Assembly (NCBI GenBank): GCA_965277715.1
Contig: OZ255836.1
Span: forward strand, 1,664,001 to 1,728,000
DNA: 64,000 bases
Direction: 5' to 3'
Source: Gammaproteobacteria bacterium
Lineage (GTDB): Bacteria; Pseudomonadota; Gammaproteobacteria; JBCCGL01
Shown here: positions 57,736-64,000 of the stretch, one piece after another
How the letters are laid out: each line of letters starts with the position of its first letter
Position numbering within the stretch: position 1 is the first letter of the stretch
Translations under genes and position numbers: made by a program
Notes under the pieces: generated by a model
Databases searched by the model: none
What the model saw: only the letters and a program-made list of their open reading frames with translations
What the model was told of the DNA's origin: nothing

Positions 57736-60303
57736 CTACAATGTGCGGGCCACTTCAGTACGTTCAAACACTTCAATATGGTCACCCGGCTGCACATCGG
57801 TGTAGTTTTTCACGGCTATACCGCACTCGATACCGGAACGCACTTCATTCATATCGTCTTTGAAGCGTCGCAATGATTCCAACTCACCCTCATAGATCAC
57901 AATGTTGTCACGCAATACGCGAATAGGCGAGCTACGACGCACAACACCATCAAGCACAATCGAGCCTGCCACCGCACCAAATTTTGGCGAGCGGAAGACA
58001 TCTTTGACCTGAGCTGTGCCAATAATTTTCTCTTTCACCTCAGGTGAAAGCATACCGCCCGCAGCCGCTTTTACCTGTTCAATAACATCGTAGATGACGC
58101 TGTGGTAGTGCAACCCGACTTCCTGTTCATTAATCACCTTGCGTGCCGAGCTCTCTGCACGCACATTAAAGCCAATCAGGATCGCATTGGATGCCACCGC
58201 CAAATTAACATCCGATTCGGTGATACCACCTACGCCACCACCAATCACGCGCACACTAATTTCATCGGTGGATAACCGTTCAAGTGAATCGCGCATCGCT
58301 TCAAAACTACCCTGCACATCGGTTTTGGCAACCACATTGAGCGTTTGCGTTTCAGTGCTGCCCATGGTGGAAAACATATCTTCCAGCTTGCTCGATTTGC
58401 GCGATGCCAAACGCACATCGCGCAGGCGATTTTGCCGCAAGGCGGCCAACTCACGCGCATCGCGTTCATCGGCGGCAACCAGCATTTCATCTCCCGCATC
58501 CGGCGTGCGCGACAAGCCCAGAACAGCGACAGGAATGGATGGGCCTGCACGTTCAACAGGGAGTGCGTTTTCATCAAACATAGCGCGAACGCGACCGTAT
58601 TCCGAGCCGCATATCATAATGTCGCCTTTCTTGAGTTGGCCACTCTGTACCAGAACAGTCGCCACAGGGCCGCGCCCTTTATCGAGGGTTGCCTCAATAA
58701 CAACACCCCGTGCGGGGCCATCGGGCATTGCCTGAAGTTCAAGTACCTCCGATTGCACCAAAATAGCATCCAACAAGTCCTCGACACCCTCTCCCGTTTG
58801 TGCAGAGAGGTGGACAAACATATGCTCACCACCCCAGTCTTCAGGAATAATCTCATGCGCCGCCAAACCATTTTTCACACGATCCGGGTCGGCATCAGGT
58901 TTGTCCATTTTATTAACGGCAACAATTACGGGTACACCCGCCGCTTTAGCATGCTGGATCGCTTCAACCGTTTGCGGCATCACACCATCATCGGCCGCGA
59001 CAATCAAAATAACAATATCGGTACACCTGGCACCTCGGGCACGCATGGCAGTAAACGCAGCGTGACCGGGGGTATCCAGGAAGGTGATCATGCCCTTGTT
59101 AGTTTCTACATGATAGGCACCGATATGCTGCGTAATGCCGCCCGCTTCACCCGCTGTAACATGCGTACGTCGAATATGGTCCAGTAATGAGGTCTTGCCG
59201 TGATCGACGTGCCCCATCACCGCCACAACCGGCGATCTGGGCACCCCGCCCTCAATATCGACAGGTGTACTGGTAAGCTTTTCAGCCAGGGCCAGCTCGG
59301 CGTCGTTATCCGCCTGCGCCACGGCATTATGACCCATCTCTTCAACAACTAGTGTGGCGGTATCCTGGTCAATCACTTGATTGATGGTTGCCATCACACC
59401 AATACCCATCATCACCTTGATAACTTCACTGGCTTTAACCGCCATCTTGTTAGCTAAATCGGCAACACTAATCGTTTCTGGTACGCTGATATCACGTACT
59501 ACCGGTTCAGTAGGTTTTTCAAAAACGTGGCGGGACTCCGTTGTCCAGGTCGGTTCACGACGAGCGCTACGGCCTTTCTTTTTGCGTTTGCCCGATTTTT
59601 CCTTGGCGACATGCAATTCATTACGGCCATAGCGGGTACCGCGATCATCGTCCTGGCTACTGCGGGATTTACCCGAGCGGGACTTACCGCCTCTGGCGTC
59701 AGTTTTAGCCGGTTTAGTCGGCTTGGCTGGTTCAGCTTTGCCCCTGGCCTGCTCTGCAGCCTGTTTAAGCGCAGTGGCGGCGGCAGCTTCAGCTTCCATT
59801 TTCAAACGCTCAACTTCTTCATTCGCCAGCCTGCTCGCCTCCTGCATGGCCGCTTGCCTGGCATCGTCCAGGCGTTTATTTTGTTCGGTCTCCTGGCGTT
59901 GGCGTTCCAGTTCCAGCGCCTCTTCCTGCTTGCGCCTGATTTCTTCCGGGTCCTCTTCGACAACCGGTGTTGGCTCTTCTATGGGTGTTTCGCTGGGGGC
60001 GGCGGCACGCTTCATGTAAGTCCGTTTACCACGCACCTCAACCGCCACTGTTTTCTTACCTGTGCCGGATAGCTTTACCGCGCCAATGCGTTTGCGTTTA
60101 AGGGTGATTTTTTTACTGCCATCGGCGCCTTTATCCTTACCGTGTGAACGGCGTAGCGAGTCGAGCAATTGCATCTTTTCATCATTGGTAACAACATCGT
60201 CATTACCTACCTTATTAATACCCGCATCGCGCAACTGTTCAAGTAGCTTATCTACTGGCGTCGCGACAACCTCGGCCAATTGCTTTACTGTTACGTCAGG
60301 CAT
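57736..60303 (-). CDS. infB: Translation initiation factor IF-2
   Basis: [17 protein letters not shown]. Confidence 0.99.
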   Translation of the reverse strand: MPDVTVKQLAEVVATPVDKLLEQLRDAGINKVGNDDVVTNDEKMQLLDSLRRSHGKDKGADGSKKITLKRKRIGAVKLSGTGKKTVAVEVRGKRTYMKRAAAPSETPIEEPTPVVEEDPEEIRRKQEEALELERQRQETEQNKRLDDARQAAMQEASRLANEEVERLKMEAEAAAATALKQAAEQARGKAEPAKPTKPAKTDARGGKSRSGKSRSSQDDDRGTRYGRNELHVAKEKSGKRKKKGRSARREPTWTTESRHVFEKPTEPVVRDISVPETISVADLANKMAVKASEVIKVMMGIGVMATINQVIDQDTATLVVEEMGHNAVAQADNDAELALAEKLTSTPVDIEGGVPRSPVVAVMGHVDHGKTSLLDHIRRTHVTAGEAGGITQHIGAYHVETNKGMITFLDTPGHAAFTAMRARGARCTDIVILIVAADDGVMPQTVEAIQHAKAAGVPVIVAVNKMDKPDADPDRVKNGLAAHEIIPEDWGGEHMFVHLSAQTGEGVEDLLDAILVQSEVLELQAMPDGPARGVVIEATLDKGRGPVATVLVQSGQLKKGDIMICGSEYGRVRAMFDENALPVERAGPSIPVAVLGLSRTPDAGDEMLVAADERDARELAALRQNRLRDVRLASRKSSKLEDMFSTMGSTETQTLNVVAKTDVQGSFEAMRDSLERLSTDEISVRVIGGGVGGITESDVNLAVASNAILIGFNVRAESSARKVINEQEVGLHYHSVIYDVIEQVKAAAGGMLSPEVKEKIIGTAQVKDVFRSPKFGAVAGSIVLDGVVRRSSPIRVLRDNIVIYEGELESLRRFKDDMNEVRSGIECGIAVKNYTDVQPGDHIEVFERTEVARTL

Positions 60304-60333
60304 TTTTATTCCTCTGATTTGACTGGTTTATTC

Positions 60334-61830
60334 TCACGCTTCTGCTTCGTCAAACCAGCGCTCACGCGCAGTCATAATTAATTTAGCGGCTTTCTCTTCA
60401 TCCATGTCTTCAACGACCATTAACTCATCTATCGATTGTTCGGCCAAATCGTCGAGGGTGGTAATGCCGACAGCGGCCATATAGTGTGCGGTCTCTTCAT
60501 CCATTCCCTGCATGTCAAGCAGCTCTTGTGTGGGTGCCTTATCGCCGATTTCCTCTTCGGTTGCAATCGCTTTGGTGAGTAGCGCATCGCGTGCACGACT
60601 GCGTAACTCTTCAACAATATCCTCATCAAACTCTTCGACATCGACGAGTTCCTGCTTGGGTACATAAGCGACCTCTTCGACACTGGTAAACCCTTCCTGC
60701 ACCAGAATCATCGCCACCTCTTCATCAACATCCAAATGCTGCTTAAACAATTCGACCGATTGCCTGGTCTCGCCTTCACTCTTTTCTTCCGCTTGCGCGG
60801 CATCCATCACATTCAATGTCCACCCGGTCAATTCGCTGGCAAGGCGCACATTTTGACCACCGCGCCCAATCGCCAGTGACAGTTTGTCCTCTTCAACGGC
60901 AATATCCATGCTATTGGATTCTTCATCGACAACAATCGAAATAACCTCGGCCGGTGCCATCGCGTTGACGACGTATTGCGCCGGGTTTTCATCCCACATA
61001 ATAATATCGATGCGCTCGCCCGCCAGTTCGTTCGATACCGTTTGCACTCGTGAGCCGCGCATACCGACGCAGGCACCCACCGGATCGAGGCGTGGCTCGT
61101 GTGATTGCACCGCAATTTTTGCACGCGAACCTGGATCACGTGCCGCGCCCATAATCTCGATTAGCCCCTGGCCGACTTCGGGCACTTCGAGCTTGAACAA
61201 CTCGGTTAAAAATGCCGGTGCCGTTCGGCTCACAAACAATTGTGGCCCCCGCACCTCTTCACGCACTTCGTTCAAATAGCCACGAATGCGGTCACCGGAA
61301 CGCACTGCCTCTCTTGGAATCATTTCCTCGCGGGAAATAAACGCTTCGGCATTACCACCGAGGTCAATATAGACGCCGTTGCGCTCCGTGCGCTTAACAA
61401 TACCCATGAGCAATTCACCAATGCGCTCCCGATAAGCATCGACAACCCGTGAACGCTCAGCCTCACGTACTTTTTGCACAATAACCTGTTTGGCGGCTTG
61501 TGCAGCGATGCGGCCAAATTCAACCGAATCGATAGGTTCTTCGGTAAAGTCACCGATTTGTATCTCCTCCTGATCCAAAGAGGCGGCGGAAAAGCTGATT
61601 TGTCGTGTGGGTGCTTCCTGCTCCTCGTCATCCGCCATTACTTCCCAGCGGCGAAACGTATCGTATTGGCCTGTCTGTCGATTAATAGCAACACGCACAT
61701 CGACATCGTAGGCGTATTTCTTTCGAGTAGCAGAGGCCAATGCCGATTCCAACGCCTGAAAAATGACTTCTTCTTCAACGCTTTTCTCGTTGGAGACAGC
61801 ATCCACAACCATCAAAATTTCTTTACTCAT
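60334..61830 (-). CDS. nusA: Transcription factor NusA
   Basis: [23 protein letters not shown], acidic repeats. Confidence 0.98.
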   Translation of the reverse strand: MSKEILMVVDAVSNEKSVEEEVIFQALESALASATRKKYAYDVDVRVAINRQTGQYDTFRRWEVMADDEEQEAPTRQISFSAASLDQEEIQIGDFTEEPIDSVEFGRIAAQAAKQVIVQKVREAERSRVVDAYRERIGELLMGIVKRTERNGVYIDLGGNAEAFISREEMIPREAVRSGDRIRGYLNEVREEVRGPQLFVSRTAPAFLTELFKLEVPEVGQGLIEIMGAARDPGSRAKIAVQSHEPRLDPVGACVGMRGSRVQTVSNELAGERIDIIMWDENPAQYVVNAMAPAEVISIVVDEESNSMDIAVEEDKLSLAIGRGGQNVRLASELTGWTLNVMDAAQAEEKSEGETRQSVELFKQHLDVDEEVAMILVQEGFTSVEEVAYVPKQELVDVEEFDEDIVEELRSRARDALLTKAIATEEEIGDKAPTQELLDMQGMDEETAHYMAAVGITTLDDLAEQSIDELMVVEDMDEEKAAKLIMTARERWFDEAEA

Positions 61831-61874
61831 CGTCTAATAACCTTTACCGATTAATTCATACAGGCGAAGCGCTA

Positions 61875-62369
61875 TTACGCGCTGTGCTCCGCCAGGTTCC
61901 TGGACTTATACGCTTGTGCAGGGAGCACCAGGTTCGCATTATCAATTTTTTCCAGTGGAATAAAGTAATGCTCGCCATCAACCTCTATTTCTATCTCATT
62001 ATTCTGACAACCAATCAGTGGGCCTTTAAAGCGTCGCCTGCCCATTTGGGGTGTCAACAGTTTTAAAGCCACCTCAGTGCCACTAAAACGGATAAAATCT
62101 TTTTCATCAAACAGTGGGCGATCCAGGCCCGGTGAAGACACTTCCAGCGTATATGCTGTACTCAGTAAGTCCTCTACATCGAGCACTGCACTTAACTGTC
62201 GGCTGACTTCGGCGCAATCATCGACATCAATGCCCCGATCATTATCGATAAAAACACGCAGCACCATCTCGCCCTGCTCCTGACCATAACGCGCACCGAC
62301 AAATTCGTAATCAAGGCCGACAACCACTTGACCTACACAATTCCAAACATCCGGGGCAGCACGTTTCAT
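61875..62369 (-). CDS. rimP: Ribosome maturation factor RimP
   Basis: DDCA.VSR, LEVSSPGLDRPL. Confidence 0.96.
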   Translation of the reverse strand: MKRAAPDVWNCVGQVVVGLDYEFVGARYGQEQGEMVLRVFIDNDRGIDVDDCAEVSRQLSAVLDVEDLLSTAYTLEVSSPGLDRPLFDEKDFIRFSGTEVALKLLTPQMGRRRFKGPLIGCQNNEIEIEVDGEHYFIPLEKIDNANLVLPAQAYKSRNLAEHSA

Positions 62370-62441
62370 AGCATTTCCAGCATCAAGAACCTATCGGATT
62401 CAAAACCGGAGATATCCGACACAAACATTTTTGAAGCTAAT

Positions 62442-62469
62442 AAAAAAGCCCCTATAGAGGGGCCTTTTT
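62442..62469 (-). terminator. Terminator hairpin between tRNA-fMet and rimP
   Basis: AAAAAAGCCCCT-ATAG-AGGGGCCTTTTT. Confidence 0.7.
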
Positions 62470-62480
62470 ATCAAAAAACT

Positions 62481-62557
<77 letters not shown>

Positions 62558-62571
62558 TCAGACAGGCGCGC

Positions 62572-62600
62572 ATGATACGGCTACTCCAAGCAAACTTCAA
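62572..62600 (-). promoter_or_regulatory. Sigma70 promoter of the tRNA-fMet/rimP operon
   Basis: TTGAAG-17 bp-TATCAT-GCGCGCC discriminator. Confidence 0.7.
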
Positions 62601-62688
62601 GCACTATTAATCTTTAATTTATGCGCTATTTATTAATTAGGCAGATGACAGTTAAATGGCCTGGTAAATGACCTGGGCGTCCTATAGT

Positions 62689-63027
62689 TTACCGGCTGCC
62701 ACGCATGTGTTTTTTCAGATCGTGACAGTAAATAAACCCAGGGATGGCAAAGACGGTAAAAAGTAACGCCGTCACCGAATAAAACTCCCAATCCTGCGGG
62801 TAAATTTCACCGTTATGCATACGTTCAAAACCCAGGCCCAATAACATAAAACCACAATAAAACAGCAACCACTCCAGCAAACGCATGTATTCCCGTTTAC
62901 CGCCCGAGGGCAGAACAAGGAAAAAGATGCGATCACTCAGCCAAGGCAAATTGGCACAGACAAATCCCAAGCCAAGAAAAAGCCATACCGATACCACGTT
63001 TGTCAGCCGGGAAAAGCCGCTATACAA
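62689..63027 (-). CDS. DUF2818-like membrane protein (start probably nearer 62997)
   Basis: ANLPW...Q.WEFY...PGFIY; characteristic position after nuoN. Confidence 0.8.
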   Translation of the reverse strand: MYSGFSRLTNVVSVWLFLGLGFVCANLPWLSDRIFFLVLPSGGKREYMRLLEWLLFYCGFMLLGLGFERMHNGEIYPQDWEFYSVTALLFTVFAIPGFIYCHDLKKHMRGSR

Positions 63028-64000
63028 GCACTCATTAAAGCAGCGGGAAATAAACCCAAACCGAGCACAGCGAGACCATTGGCGCTGAGCAGAACGCGTA
63101 TTACTGCGCCCTGTTCGATACCGGCATTATTTTCCGGAGCATCAAAAAAGATAATTTTTACCGCACGCAAATAATAGTAAGCGCCGATAATTGAAAACAG
63201 AACGGCATAAGCGGCCAACCAGACCAGGTCAATATCGACAATCGACTTGAGTACCGAAAGCTTTGCGTAAAACCCAACAGTCGGCGGCACACCCGCCATA
63301 GAAAACAAAATTAACATCATGATTAGAGCAAACCAGGGGCTACGACGAAATAAGCCTTTCAGATCATCCAGTTTTTCGGCTTCAAAGCCTTTTTTACTGA
63401 GGAGTATTAATACCCCAAACCCACCGATACTGGTCAACGCATAGGTTAACGCATAAAACATGGCCGAGGCGTAACCCTCTGCAGTGCCTGCCAGTAAACC
63501 GAGCAACAGAAAACCAACATGCGATACTGTCGAGTAGGCCAGCATACGTTTGATATTGTTCTGGGCAATCGCAATAACGTTGCCAACGGCCAGTGACAAT
63601 ACAGCCAATACAAGCAACATTCCCTGCCAATCGACCTGCAGCTCCTGCAAGCCATCCGCGAGAAAGCGGATCGCCAAGGCGAACCCGGCAATTTTTGGCG
63701 CACTGGATATATACAATGTCACTGATATTGGCGCACCGTCGTATACATCCGGCACCCACATATGGAATGGCACGGCACCCAGCTTAAATGCGAGGCCGAC
63801 GACAATACACGCAAGGCCCAATAGCAAGGCGATATTGTCACCCCCACTGTCGATTAAGAAGCGGTTTATATCCGCAAAATTAATCGAGCCGGAGATACCA
63901 TAAACCATCGAAATACCGTACAACAACATGCCGGAAGCCAGGGCACCCAGCACAAAGTATTTGATCGCCGCTTCGCTGGAGCGGGCATTGTCGCGGCGAA
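63003..64000 (-). CDS. nuoN: NADH-quinone oxidoreductase subunit N (5' part outside the window)
   Basis: [35 protein letters not shown]. Confidence 0.96.
   Translation of the reverse strand, partial: RRDNARSSEAAIKYFVLGALASGMLLYGISMVYGISGSINFADINRFLIDSGGDNIALLLGLACIVVGLAFKLGAVPFHMWVPDVYDGAPISVTLYISSAPKIAGFALAIRFLADGLQELQVDWQGMLLVLAVLSLAVGNVIAIAQNNIKRMLAYSTVSHVGFLLLGLLAGTAEGYASAMFYALTYALTSIGGFGVLILLSKKGFEAEKLDDLKGLFRRSPWFALIMMLILFSMAGVPPTVGFYAKLSVLKSIVDIDLVWLAAYAVLFSIIGAYYYLRAVKIIFFDAPENNAGIEQGAVIRVLLSANGLAVLGLGLFPAALMSACIAAFPG

Overview
Gammaproteobacterial chromosome window. Most of it (~8.9-64 kb) is housekeeping DNA: pgsA-uvrC-recJ, hrcA-grpE-dnaK, ispG, gshA, rluD/bamD, nadE, pilSR-pilABCD-coaE, rimP-nusA-infB-rbfA-truB and nuoN. 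It also holds a partly decayed pseudaminic-acid cluster, tungstate/Moco genes, flavoprotein catabolic genes and several MITE-like palindromes. The left ~8.5 kb is one end of a tyrosine-integrase element inserted in the Gly-Cys-Leu tRNA locus. The most unusual signal is that the host tRNA-Leu(UAA) gene is cut just after the anticodon loop and is not rebuilt; 11 bp further on, the element supplies a complete tRNA-Leu(UAA) of different sequence. Inside the element are a helically phased TGAAGAAT array (spacings 52/84/83/52 bp), a TATAAATA box before an operon of small orphan ORFs, a truncated DNA methyltransferase running in frame into a degenerate serine resolvase, a truncated primase-like ORF, an IS21 without target duplication and an IS4 with an 8-bp duplication. 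All family calls come from motifs recognised by eye; no database search was run.
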